DNA of 64,000 nucleotides from an uncultured archaeon (GTDB taxonomy: Archaea; Asgardarchaeota; Lokiarchaeia; Sigyniarchaeales; SOKP01): the NCBI GenBank assembly GCA_964486045.1, contig CAZALK010000001.1, positions 96,001 to 160,000 on the forward strand, read 5' to 3'. Shown piece after piece: positions 8,791 to 18,669 of this stretch. The notes beneath the pieces are model-generated. The model made no database searches. It had not been told where the DNA came from and saw only the letters and a list, made by a program, of their open reading frames with translations. Made by a program: the position numbers and the translations under genes. Positions within the stretch are counted from its first letter, which is position 1, and each line of letters begins with the position of its first letter.

Positions 8791-9798
8791 ATGCTTGATT
8801 CTGAATGGAATAAAGTTGATTATGATAAATTCGTAGAATCCTATAATAATGAAATCATAGTTGATTCTGCACCAATCATACTTTATTCAAAAAAGGATAA
8901 AGAACATGAAGCTTTTACCTCATTAATAGCCTTCTTTTTCATTACTGGGTTTTTACTCATTTATATAGCTGTATCTTACTTTATGGCATCAATTTTTTTT
9001 AGTCTTCCTGTTTTTATTATTCTCATTGTAATTGGGGCAATCAGTGCTGTTCTTCTTATGGTCAATTATCTTAAAACTAATATTTTTATCAAGCCGTTAG
9101 AATGTTGGTTTGAAGTCTTTGAAGGAAAACCTAAAAATGGGACTCGTTTCTACTGTCTATCATACTATCCAATATTTACGGGTATGTGCCATCCAAACAA
9201 AGTAAAAAATGTGGTTTACAAAATTTACCAAGAGCAGGTTTTAAAAAGTAAAATTTCCATCTCCCAAATTGAAATTTATATTAAGATGGATCAAATAAAT
9301 AAAAAAATCACTGAAAAAATTGGCTATTTCATCCAATATGGAGAAGGTAGTCCATTTACTAATGAAAGCATTGAGCAAACATCTTGGAAATTTTTTCCTT
9401 ATGATAAATCAAAAAAAGAGAATTTTCTTGCTATAGCTAATTGGATACATCAATATGAGTGGAGAGATGATCTTGAATACGATTTTGACAAATTACACGA
9501 ATATGCTCCTTGGATAATTCAGAGATGGGATGAACTTAATTTAAAACCCTTGACCGATGATTTTAAAGAAAAAATTAATTGGCCTTTAAGAAATATTGAG
9601 GTTTTTCCGAAATTAAAGCCATGGGAAGAAGAATTTGAGCTACAGATTTATAGTAACCCAAAAGCTTATGAAGACCTTACAATAGTAAATAAAGCATTAG
9701 AAAAATTTATTGGTCCGGAAAAAAACGTCGAAAAAATAAGAGAAGTTAAAGATAAACTAATGTTGATTAAAACATATTTTAGAGATTTAAATTCTTAA
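8791..9798 (+). CDS. Hypothetical membrane protein (two N-terminal TM helices)
   Basis: Long ORF with two hydrophobic stretches at about aa 44-93. Confidence 0.6.
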   Translation: MLDSEWNKVDYDKFVESYNNEIIVDSAPIILYSKKDKEHEAFTSLIAFFFITGFLLIYIAVSYFMASIFFSLPVFIILIVIGAISAVLLMVNYLKTNIFIKPLECWFEVFEGKPKNGTRFYCLSYYPIFTGMCHPNKVKNVVYKIYQEQVLKSKISISQIEIYIKMDQINKKITEKIGYFIQYGEGSPFTNESIEQTSWKFFPYDKSKKENFLAIANWIHQYEWRDDLEYDFDKLHEYAPWIIQRWDELNLKPLTDDFKEKINWPLRNIEVFPKLKPWEEEFELQIYSNPKAYEDLTIVNKALEKFIGPEKNVEKIREVKDKLMLIKTYFRDLNS

Positions 9799-9925
9799 AC
9801 ACTGTTTTTACAACTACCTCATATAAATAGAGTCACTACTTTATTATTTATAATTTCAATAAAAATCTTAGATAATAAATATAAAAATACTTATCAAATA
9901 AGCAAAAAAAGAGGTAAGAGTAAAA

Positions 9926-11326
9926 TTGGAACTATTACAGAATGTTACCAACATTGAAATTCCAACTAATAAGATATCCTATGACAAGAAGACTAATGTA
10001 TTTTCTGTAGAAATATTAAATTTCATGTTTGTAGGAATTTATAAGAAATCTGTGAGAATAAGCAAAATTCTGGATGATATTTTCGCTTCCTTAGGAGATA
10101 TTCCATTTGAACGTGATGACGTTTATTTCTTAGATTATACTACACAAATTAAAATTCATGGAAATACAAAATTAAAAAACTTAGATCTCTTAGGTAAAAA
10201 GAAGCTTGAAAAACAGAAGGGAAAAAGGGGAAAAAAGGCAAAGGAAAGTACACCTACAAAATTCAAAGAAATATTGGAGGCTGAAGAGGAAGATTTTGAT
10301 GAAGATATGATTGGGTTAGCTTCAGTCGGAAAGGATGTTAAATTTGAAGATGAAGAAGCTATGGAAGAGGGGGGTTTAATGAGAGATGAACGAGAAAAAC
10401 GAGATGTTGCAAGAAAAGTAGAATCCCCAAAAGCCAAGAAAAAGTCTATGCCCCCTGCTCCAGGAGGTGGAGCATTAATAGAGCCTTCTGAACCTATAGT
10501 ATCTGAATCTAAACCAGCAGAACCAGCAGCGCCACCGCCCCCATCTTCTGATGCATATGGAGGAGTTAGAACTCCCTCACCGGAGAAACCTACACTTTCG
10601 ACTACCGAAGCCGAAGTACCTCAAACTACAGTTTATGATATTAATATGGGGCTCCAATATTTTTCAGTCATGATGGAGAAAAGAAGCTATCTGTTTTATG
10701 TATATTTTTCACATGAGGAATTGAAAATACTGGACGAGGAGGGGAAAACGATTTACAAAACGACTATTAAAATAGTGACAACAAAGAAAGAACCTCCTGT
10801 TTTAGATCTCAAAATTGAAGGAGAAGGATTTGAAGCTCATCCCCTATTTGGAAAAGTCGAAGTTAGCAAAGATGCTGTAAATCCCCCGGTTATGATTTTC
10901 TCGATAATGCCATTGAAATCTAAAGAAAAAAAAAAGAAAAAAAAAGAACATGAAAGAAGATTTTTAAATGTGTATATCGAGTTTGAAGAGAAAATAATTA
11001 GCCATACAATTCTTTCAATAATAGTGCAACCTAAATTTTTCCGTCTTGATATTGGCCCTTTAAATTTGAACCTTAGTAAAGGAACTGCATTTATAATTTC
11101 CTTTATTTCTATTTTAATCGCTGGAATTTCATTAGTTTGGATATTACTTTCCTTAAATCCTTCTTCAGGCTTTATGGATTACCTGGGTGGATTAGTACCC
11201 GGCTTAGGTTCGATAATATTTATAGTTATTTTCTTATATACGCTACTAAAAGAGGGAATTTATCCTCTTAAAGAAAAGATTAGTGCTTTCTTAAATTTTG
11301 ATCAGTCCGGTGTACTTATAAAATAA
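9926..11326 (+). CDS. Hypothetical membrane protein with acidic/Pro-rich linker and two C-terminal TM helices
   Basis: GAGGT SD before the TTG start; low-complexity middle region; two hydrophobic C-terminal segments. Confidence 0.65.
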   Translation: MELLQNVTNIEIPTNKISYDKKTNVFSVEILNFMFVGIYKKSVRISKILDDIFASLGDIPFERDDVYFLDYTTQIKIHGNTKLKNLDLLGKKKLEKQKGKRGKKAKESTPTKFKEILEAEEEDFDEDMIGLASVGKDVKFEDEEAMEEGGLMRDEREKRDVARKVESPKAKKKSMPPAPGGGALIEPSEPIVSESKPAEPAAPPPPSSDAYGGVRTPSPEKPTLSTTEAEVPQTTVYDINMGLQYFSVMMEKRSYLFYVYFSHEELKILDEEGKTIYKTTIKIVTTKKEPPVLDLKIEGEGFEAHPLFGKVEVSKDAVNPPVMIFSIMPLKSKEKKKKKKEHERRFLNVYIEFEEKIISHTILSIIVQPKFFRLDIGPLNLNLSKGTAFIISFISILIAGISLVWILLSLNPSSGFMDYLGGLVPGLGSIIFIVIFLYTLLKEGIYPLKEKISAFLNFDQSGVLIK

Positions 11327-11331
11327 ACTCT

Positions 11332-12237
11332 TTATAATCTTTCCTTTATTTTTTTTAAATCATCCCAAAATTTCATTTTGTTTTTGCTTAAATCCTTTTT
11401 TCTTAGCTTTACAAAGTACAAAAGTCTTTTAGCTATAAAGGGATAATCATTAATTCTTAATGATTTTATTAACCCAGCAGATTCTGCTTTATCAATCATA
11501 ATTTCACTCATAATACCAATATAATTAGAATCACTTACTGTTGTTATAATTGAATCATTGTTATTTATTTCTAGCTCAAAATTTAATTTTTTATAGTCTG
11601 GAAATTGTTGGGTGAATGTTTCTCTCATTCCTGAACCCTTTTCTCTCCACACAAAAGGATATTTTATAAGTTCTTGAAAATCCACCATATTGGGATCTTT
11701 AACTAATTCATGAGAAGGAGAGCAAATAAATTTGATTTCTTCTTCACCAATTGTGATGCAATCGAAATCCTTCTCATTATAATTCATAAAACTACCAATA
11801 CCCGCAAAATCAGCCATCCCCTTTTTTAAGTTTTCAATAGATTTCTTGGAATTGTTAATTATTATTTTAAAGTTTACATGTGAGTTTTTACTTCTGAATT
11901 CTGTAATATAACGTGGTAAAATATGTGAACCTGGAATTGTTGAAGCAGATATGATAATGTTTTCGAGAATAAAATCTTGAGATTTGGCAATTTCTAATTT
12001 GCATTTATCATATAAATCGATTATCTGTCGAGCATTTTCAAGTAATGTAGCTCCTGCTTTAGTTAATTCAAATTTTTTTGTGGACCGATCAATAAGGACA
12101 ACCCCACCAAAATCTTTTTCTAACTGGAAAATTTGGTGTGATATGGTACTCTGAGAGAGAGGAAGCTCCTTTGCAAGTCTCGAGAAACTTTTATATTGAG
12201 TTAACATGATAAAGTTTCTTAAATATTCAATATTCAT
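11332..12237 (-). CDS. LysR-family transcriptional regulator (CysL / selenium-metabolism-associated type)
   Basis: N-terminal HTH 'SFSRLAKELPLSQSTISHQIFQLE', plus 'ASTIPGSHILP' and 'REKGSGMR'. Confidence 0.9.
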   Translation of the reverse strand: MNIEYLRNFIMLTQYKSFSRLAKELPLSQSTISHQIFQLEKDFGGVVLIDRSTKKFELTKAGATLLENARQIIDLYDKCKLEIAKSQDFILENIIISASTIPGSHILPRYITEFRSKNSHVNFKIIINNSKKSIENLKKGMADFAGIGSFMNYNEKDFDCITIGEEEIKFICSPSHELVKDPNMVDFQELIKYPFVWREKGSGMRETFTQQFPDYKKLNFELEINNNDSIITTVSDSNYIGIMSEIMIDKAESAGLIKSLRINDYPFIAKRLLYFVKLRKKDLSKNKMKFWDDLKKIKERL

Positions 12238-12319
12238 ACTTTTAATCCACTTTAATTAAATTTTTCATGATAACATGATAGTATTCTTATAATATACAGT
12301 TATTAAACTATTTTTATTT

Positions 12320-12334
12320 ATCGATTTTTTTAAT
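12320..12334. promoter_or_regulatory. Candidate LysR box (AT-N11-AT) in divergent promoter
   Basis: ATCGATTTTTTTAAT lies between the LysR gene and dsrE. The AT-rich background makes this weak. Confidence 0.3.
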
Positions 12335-12418
12335 AAACCATTACGAAAAAATTAATAAATCTCATATTGTTTATTCAATCAAAGTAAACAATACAACTAT
12401 ATCAAAATTTGGATATTT

Positions 12419-12781
12419 ATGATGAGCGAAAAAAAAAAAACTTTTACTATCATCATCGCAGATGGTCCATATACAAAAGAGCGACCTTTTACAATGCTAC
12501 GATTTGCTTACACCGCATTATTAGAGGATCATAAAATCAATATATTTCTAGTTGAAGATGGGATTTTTGTTGGAAAAAAGAATCAAGATCCCGCAGCTTA
12601 CGAAAATGTTGGAAAATGGATGAAAGATGTAATCGCTGAAGGTGCAACCGTGAAAGCATGCGGTGTTTGTATGAAAGCGCGTGGAGTAGCCGAAGAAGAG
12701 TTAATTGATAACATTAAGAAAACAACTATGAATGGATTAGTTGAAATGTGTGCAGAATCAGATAATGTCCTATTTAGTTAA
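12419..12781 (+). CDS. DsrE/TusD-family sulfur-relay protein
   Basis: 'IIADGPY', 'IFLVEDGIF' and 'ACGVCMKARGV'. Confidence 0.88.
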   Translation: MMSEKKKTFTIIIADGPYTKERPFTMLRFAYTALLEDHKINIFLVEDGIFVGKKNQDPAAYENVGKWMKDVIAEGATVKACGVCMKARGVAEEELIDNIKKTTMNGLVEMCAESDNVLFS

Positions 12782-12803
12782 ATAAAGTGAGGATTAATTA
12801 AAA

Positions 12804-13031
12804 ATGGGAGACTCGCGTAAATTAGACTGTTCTGGACTCGTTTGTCCAATGCCAGTGGCAAAGACAAAAAGAAAACTGCGTGAAATGGAGAGTGGAGAAA
12901 CAATTGAAGTTACCGGAGACTTCGCAGAAGCAGGTGAAAATATAAAGCGGTACATAGAAAAACATGGTGATAAACTTCTAACATTTAAAGTTGATGGCGA
13001 GAATTACTACTTGAAAATTGAGAAAGCATAA
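12804..13031 (+). CDS. tusA: TusA/SirA-family sulfurtransferase
   Basis: 'LDCSGLVCPMPV' (CPxP motif); 75 aa; GAGGA SD. Confidence 0.88.
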   Translation: MGDSRKLDCSGLVCPMPVAKTKRKLREMESGETIEVTGDFAEAGENIKRYIEKHGDKLLTFKVDGENYYLKIEKA

Positions 13032-13254
13032 AGAAGATTTTTTCAGATAAATCACTTTATATTTTTAATATTTTTTTTACGATTTTTGAAATAAAAAGAG
13101 CATATTAAAATTTTAATTTTAAATTCTATTCCTAATGACTAGGTTCATTAGTTTTATGGAGTACTTAGTATTTCTATAAATACTAAAGTTTATTTAAAAA
13201 ATGGTTTTATAAGAATATTAATTAACGCACAATAGTAAATTTTTTACAATAACA

Positions 13255-13914
13255 GTGGTGTGTTCGCAATATTTGAATGCTAATGAAATTTTGGAAAAAT
13301 TAAGAAGAACAATTATAGAGGGAATCCCAGAAGATGCAATTGACTTAGTTAATAAATCTTTAGAAGCTAAGGTTGATCCCAAACAAATACTAAATGACGC
13401 TATATTAAAAGGAGCGGAAGAAGTTGGATTAAAATATGAAAACGGGGAATTTTTTCTTGCTGATATGTTATTAGCTGCAGATGCTATTAACGATTCTATG
13501 GATATTATTAGACCAAAGTTGAAAGAAGGAAAACAAGAAACAATGGGAAAAGTTTTAATTGGGACACCAGAAGGTGACCTTCATGACATTGGTAAAAGTC
13601 TGATCATAGCACTCTTAAATGGAAGAGGAGTCGATGTAATTGATTTGGGAGTTGATATCCCTCCTGAAGAATTTCTAGATGCTGCTAAAAAAGAAAATCC
13701 AGATGTAATAGGATTAAGTGGTTTATTAACCGTTTCCATTTCTAAAATGATAGAAACAGTAATGCTACTCAAAGATGAAGGAATAAAAGCAAAAATTATT
13801 GTAGGTGGAGGTATTCTTTCAGAAGAATCATGTAAAAAGATAAATGCTGATGCTTGGGCTAAAGATGGATGGGAAGGGGTAAAGAAAATCATAAAATTAT
13901 TAGAGGGAGAATAA
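13255..13914 (+). CDS. Corrinoid (B12-binding) methyltransferase protein, MtaC/MtbC-like
   Basis: 'GDLHDIGK' (DxHxxG), 'SGLL', 'IVGGG'. Likely start is the TTG at 13273. Confidence 0.92.
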   Translation: MVCSQYLNANEILEKLRRTIIEGIPEDAIDLVNKSLEAKVDPKQILNDAILKGAEEVGLKYENGEFFLADMLLAADAINDSMDIIRPKLKEGKQETMGKVLIGTPEGDLHDIGKSLIIALLNGRGVDVIDLGVDIPPEEFLDAAKKENPDVIGLSGLLTVSISKMIETVMLLKDEGIKAKIIVGGGILSEESCKKINADAWAKDGWEGVKKIIKLLEGE

Positions 13915-13915
13915 A

Positions 13916-14992
13916 TTGCCATATGATTGGGATGCATCAAGAAAGAGAATCATCGGAACATTTTTTGGGACCAATAAAATTGATAGAGTTCCTTATTTTC
14001 CATTAGCTTGTGAAGAAATTATATGTCGAATAACAGGTAAAACTTATAGAGAAATCATAGCTTCTCCAAAAAATTATGCAAATGCTGCTATTACAACATT
14101 TGAATTTTTAAAAGCGGATACAATTTCGATTCCAACTGCTTATGCCGGTCCGGGAGAAGCATTGGCTTTTGCTGAAGCAAACAATAAAAAGGAATCTATA
14201 AAATGGTTCGATTATAAAGTATTCATGGCAAAGCAAGGGGTTATATGCAAGACAGAAGAGGATATTGATAAACTAGAAATCCCAGATCATAGAAAAATAT
14301 CTGTGTGGGATACAAGTATATCCGCTATTGAAATAATTAATAAAAAAATAGGAATGGGTGGGTTATGCCTTGGAATTTGGTCTGTAGTTCAAGAATTAAG
14401 AGGTGTACAAGCTTATAGAGACATGCGTCGTAATCCGGATTTATTATTAAAATTATGCGAAAAAGTGTATGAATCACAGATGGATATCCTTAATTTTTAC
14501 CGTGAAAAAGTAGGAGGTGTTGGAATAATTTTCTTTACTGGTTATTCTTTTAACAAACATATGATGAGTTTCGAGGACGCAATGAAATTTGAGGGACAAT
14601 TTATTAAAAGAATCCAAAAAGAAACGAAAGCCGGTATAATTCTCCATAATTGTGGCACGACTCCTTATTTCAATGAAGTTTGTGATGAAATAGATTTATT
14701 AGCTGTGAATGGTTCCCATCCTTTAAATATTGAATATTGGGTAAATTTTAAAGAAAAATTCCCAAATGTGACAATTATAGGTGCAAATATTGATGTTAGT
14801 CGAGAATTACTAAATGGTTCTCCTCAAGATGTTGAAAATAAAGTAAAAGAAAACATCAAGAATTTAGCTACTGGTGGAAAATATGTAGTTGGACCTATTT
14901 GTTGCCTTCCGTGGGGTGTCTCATTAAAAAATATTATGACAATACCAAAAGCGATAAAAAAATGGGGGACATACCCTCTAAATTTTAATTAA
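13916..14992 (+). CDS. Uroporphyrinogen-decarboxylase-fold methyltransferase (MtaA/CmuA-like)
   Basis: 'DRVPYFP', Zn-ligand-type 'LHNCG' and a C-terminal 'PICCLP'. Starts 1 nt after the corrinoid protein stop. Confidence 0.8.
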   Translation: MPYDWDASRKRIIGTFFGTNKIDRVPYFPLACEEIICRITGKTYREIIASPKNYANAAITTFEFLKADTISIPTAYAGPGEALAFAEANNKKESIKWFDYKVFMAKQGVICKTEEDIDKLEIPDHRKISVWDTSISAIEIINKKIGMGGLCLGIWSVVQELRGVQAYRDMRRNPDLLLKLCEKVYESQMDILNFYREKVGGVGIIFFTGYSFNKHMMSFEDAMKFEGQFIKRIQKETKAGIILHNCGTTPYFNEVCDEIDLLAVNGSHPLNIEYWVNFKEKFPNVTIIGANIDVSRELLNGSPQDVENKVKENIKNLATGGKYVVGPICCLPWGVSLKNIMTIPKAIKKWGTYPLNFN

Positions 14993-15088
14993 GCAATTTT
15001 AATAAGTAGCTCAGTTAATATTAATCTTCTAAACATTTCTACCACAGAAAATAACAAAGAATAATATGGACCAGAAATTTATATCCTC

Positions 15089-15886
15089 TTAAGGTATTTT
15101 TCGACAGCGAATAATTAAAAACCAAGGAATTATTAGACTATCATAATATCCTGGATATTTCTTAATAGTATCATCATCAGCATAAGGTTCACAAAATCTA
15201 TCTAAGGTGAAACCTTTTTCAATTAATAAATTCAACCATTCAGACAAAGTTCGGGTAAACCTTGGGATTTTGAAGTTTTCCATTTTTGCGGTAATTTCTT
15301 TAGGAGCTGCGGCAAATAACCATTCCTCAAGTTCCCCATTATGATTCTTAAAATAGTCTTTTACAGTAAACCCAATCTTTAACCCTTCTTCACTCCTAAC
15401 CCATTTATGATCAATACCAGAAAAACACGGGTGGAAGAATTGAAAACTGAAAGAATCCTCCTGATTTTATAACCCTATAGGCTTCTTCTATTGCCCTCTC
15501 GTTTTGTGCCATATCCATAAGACTCATCGTAGCTATAGCAAAGTCAAAATAATTATTTGTAAAAGGAAGATTTGTCCCACTAGCTACTTGATATTTGATA
15601 CCTAATGATTCCTTTTCTTCACTTTCTTTTGCATACTTTATAAACACTTTAGAAATATCAATTGCTGAAATTTTTGCTCCTAATTTTGCGGCTAGACGAG
15701 TATTATATCCTTTTCCACATCCAATATCTAATCCTATTAAATTTGTAACGTCAGGTAAAAGTTCAAAAAAAGCTGGGGAATTGATTAAATTTCTACCTCA
15801 TCATACCCCAATCTAGCAAGTTTCGTCCAGTTTTCAGCATTTCTATCCCAAAATTGACCAACTTCTTTATTATCCAATTGAATCAC
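15089..15886 (-). pseudogene. Class I SAM-dependent methyltransferase with two frameshifts
   Basis: Three frames join into 'FWDRNAENWTKLARLGYD / RNLINSPAFFELLPDVTNLIGLDIGCGKG...FFQFSI / HPCFSGIDHKW...FTRTLSEWLN'. There is a 1-nt loss near 15797 and a 1-nt gain near 15435. Confidence 0.8.
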
Positions 15887-16021
15887 TAAAATAAATTTTT
15901 AAATAGATTTTACTTTTGCTGAATAAAAAATTCATATTCAATCTTTATTTCAAATTTGATTATAAATAATAAAAAAAAATAAAAAAAAAAGATTTTTCAG
16001 AAAGCTTGGGTTATTTAATTC

Positions 16022-16918
16022 ATGTCTTTACAAAAAATGACTACAAAAAAGTTTATTGAAAAGAAGAATCAAGGTGAAAAATTAGTTACCATAACGGCCT
16101 ATGACTATTCAATAGCTAAGATTGTCGATATGTGTGGGTTTGATTTAATTCTAGTAGGAGATTCACTTTCACATGTAATTCTTGGACATAAAACCACGTT
16201 AAACGTTACGGTGGATGAAATGATCCACCATACTAGAGCAGTTTCTCGGGGTGTATCAAATGCATTATTAGTGGGGGATATGCCGTTTCTTTCATATAAA
16301 GTAGACATAAAAGATGCTGTATATAATGCGGGAAGGTTTATCCAAGAAGGAGGGGCTGAGGCAGTTAAAGTAGAGGGAGGTACAGAGATTTTACCAACTG
16401 TAAAAGCTATTCTTGATGCAGACATTGAAGTCATGGGACATATTGGATTAACTCCTCAAAAAGTTTATCGATTTGGTGGGCATCTAGTCCAAGGAAGAAC
16501 TGTCGATGCAGCAAAGAAGTTAATAATGGATGCAGTTAATTTACAGAATGCGGGTGTATTTTCGATTGTTTTAGAGGGCATACCATGGCAGATTGCGAAG
16601 TTGGTAACAAGCACACTCGATATCCCAACTATAGGAATTGGAGCGGGACAATATTGTGATGGGCAGATCATAATTATTTATGACATGTTAGGGATTTTCA
16701 CAGAATTCAAACCAAAATTTGTTAAACACTTCGGTAATATCGGGGAAGGTATCAAAAATGCCCTAAATTCCTACAAGGATGAGATAGTTAACAATTTATA
16801 TCCAGATATAGCTCATTCCTATGAATATCCCTCAGAAGATTTAAGTGAAATTAATGATTGGTATGAAAAAGGTGAAGTCGAAGAAGAAGCAAAAAGATTA
16901 AAACAAAATTTAGCTTAA
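16022..16918 (+). CDS. panB: 3-methyl-2-oxobutanoate hydroxymethyltransferase
   Basis: TAYDY, LVGDSL, DMPFLSY, AVKVEGG, GHIGLTPQ and IGIGAG...DGQ motifs. Confidence 0.96.
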   Translation: MSLQKMTTKKFIEKKNQGEKLVTITAYDYSIAKIVDMCGFDLILVGDSLSHVILGHKTTLNVTVDEMIHHTRAVSRGVSNALLVGDMPFLSYKVDIKDAVYNAGRFIQEGGAEAVKVEGGTEILPTVKAILDADIEVMGHIGLTPQKVYRFGGHLVQGRTVDAAKKLIMDAVNLQNAGVFSIVLEGIPWQIAKLVTSTLDIPTIGIGAGQYCDGQIIIIYDMLGIFTEFKPKFVKHFGNIGEGIKNALNSYKDEIVNNLYPDIAHSYEYPSEDLSEINDWYEKGEVEEEAKRLKQNLA

Positions 16919-16985
16919 ATTCAATGTGTTTCATTAATTCTTTTTTAATACATTTTCTAAAAAAAACAGACACCCGCACACAGTT

Positions 16986-17303
16986 ATGAATACTATTTCC
17001 AATTTTTCTGATCTTGAAAATAATCTCGAGAAAAAGGTTGTGATTATTGGAGAAATTGCTGAAGCTATATGGCAGCATCTTACTACAATTGTAGATTCTC
17101 ACCCATTCATGAACTACTTTGATTTGAGTGATGGTTATCAAATTATAATATACACAAAAGACCAAATCTCGTGTAACGATAAAATTGAAGTCATAGGTAA
17201 ATTAATTAAAGTCGAAAGTCGACATAAGGATCCAAGATCTAAAATAAGCGATAAATTTTCCGAGTTTCAACTTATCACTGATTCATGGAAGTGTGTAGAT
17301 TAG
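16986..17303 (+). CDS. Small hypothetical protein, possible OB fold
   Basis: Beta-rich pattern 'KVVIIGEI...KIEVIGKL'. Confidence 0.5.
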   Translation: MNTISNFSDLENNLEKKVVIIGEIAEAIWQHLTTIVDSHPFMNYFDLSDGYQIIIYTKDQISCNDKIEVIGKLIKVESRHKDPRSKISDKFSEFQLITDSWKCVD

Positions 17304-17334
17304 TCTATCCCTTTATTATATAATTTAAAAAAAA

Positions 17335-18528
17335 TTAACGCTTTAAATTGGCATTAACCCAGTCAGTGTAGCCTTTTGCTTCCAGTTCTTTTGGTACAGC
17401 TTGAAAGAATTGCGTTGTTATTTCTTTAACGTGCCTTGCAGCAATCGGATGAAACATCATGGCCAAATCTAAGCCGACGAGGCTCAAGCAGAGAGCATTG
17501 ATAATTTCCCACATAGGACCTCTATATTGCCTTAATCCCCACTGAGGAGCTACTTTTTCACTCATCCATGCTTCTCGAGCACCCCATGCGTTTGTTGTTC
17601 CTCCACTAATTGGGTAAGCAAGGTCTGTTTCTCCTAAGAGTCCTGCTATTCTCATGCGTTGGTAGATACTGAAACTATACTCCATCCCGTAACCTAGCGT
17701 AGCACAGGTAGGATCCATTACTATCCGATTAGGAGCAAGTCCAAGCTCCAGGGCATCTTTATTCATCTTAATTTGATTGTTAAGATCTAAACTTGTCCAG
17801 AGTAGGCAGTTATGATCATATTTAACCGCGAGGGGGATAACTTCTTCCCATGTGGCTTTGTCTGCTGCTGAGAGCATAAGAGTTTCGCTTTCTGTTGCTG
17901 CTGCTGTAACTTCAAACAACTCTATATCCTTTTTCTTATTTCCAGAACAACCAATGATGACAGGAACATCAACAGCTTGGAGTATATCTTCAAGAAATTT
18001 ACGAGACTGTGAAACTGGAGCATCTCCCATAGCAGGATCAATTGTCAATGAGTGAAATGTTATACATTCCGCCCCAAATTTATCAACGGCAAATTTGGCC
18101 CATTCAGCGGGATCTGCTAGCACTTCTTTATATTGCTGTTTAATAGGCTTAGGAAGCACCATCTTATCACCCATGTCAAACACGTCATAGGTGACTAAAG
18201 GTGGGTTAGGATTTTTTTTATCCAATCCCAGAAAATTGTAAAAAGGTGGTACCACTTCTCCGCCAATTGTTGCCTTTTTCCCATTTGATCGAATAAGTTC
18301 TATTGTTTCAATTTTCCCTGGATAGTCTAAATCAAGCGAAAATTTAGCTGGAGTCCATTCAGCCTTTCCTGGCACCCCTGGTATTACCGCTTGAGCCATA
18401 GTTTGAACAATACCGGGCAACATTTGAAGCTCGAGATATTCAGCGAATAAATCGACATCGGTAAGCTCAACTTCTTCCGTGTCTTTCATAAATTCTGCTA
18501 ATTTTTTGCTAAGTTCTTCAAACGATAT
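17335..18528 (-). CDS. cdhD: Acetyl-CoA decarbonylase/synthase delta subunit (corrinoid Fe-S protein small subunit)
   Basis: 'TIGGEVVPPFY', 'DPAEWAK', 'VPVIIGCSGN..KD', 'DPTCATLGYGMEYSFS', 'NAWGAREAW', 'MMFHP'. First ATG is at 18489; a possible ATA start is at 18528. Confidence 0.93.
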   Translation of the reverse strand: MSFEELSKKLAEFMKDTEEVELTDVDLFAEYLELQMLPGIVQTMAQAVIPGVPGKAEWTPAKFSLDLDYPGKIETIELIRSNGKKATIGGEVVPPFYNFLGLDKKNPNPPLVTYDVFDMGDKMVLPKPIKQQYKEVLADPAEWAKFAVDKFGAECITFHSLTIDPAMGDAPVSQSRKFLEDILQAVDVPVIIGCSGNKKKDIELFEVTAAATESETLMLSAADKATWEEVIPLAVKYDHNCLLWTSLDLNNQIKMNKDALELGLAPNRIVMDPTCATLGYGMEYSFSIYQRMRIAGLLGETDLAYPISGGTTNAWGAREAWMSEKVAPQWGLRQYRGPMWEIINALCLSLVGLDLAMMFHPIAARHVKEITTQFFQAVPKELEAKGYTDWVNANLKR

Positions 18529-18669
18529 TTAAATCACTTCTATTTTATTATTTAGTATTTTGATAGATAGGGAATTGTAGAATAAAATTTAAGTTTATTT
18601 AAAAGGGGGGTGCGACGAAATTAGTCATATGATGGAGGATTATGATAATCTTCAAATTCATTTGAATGG

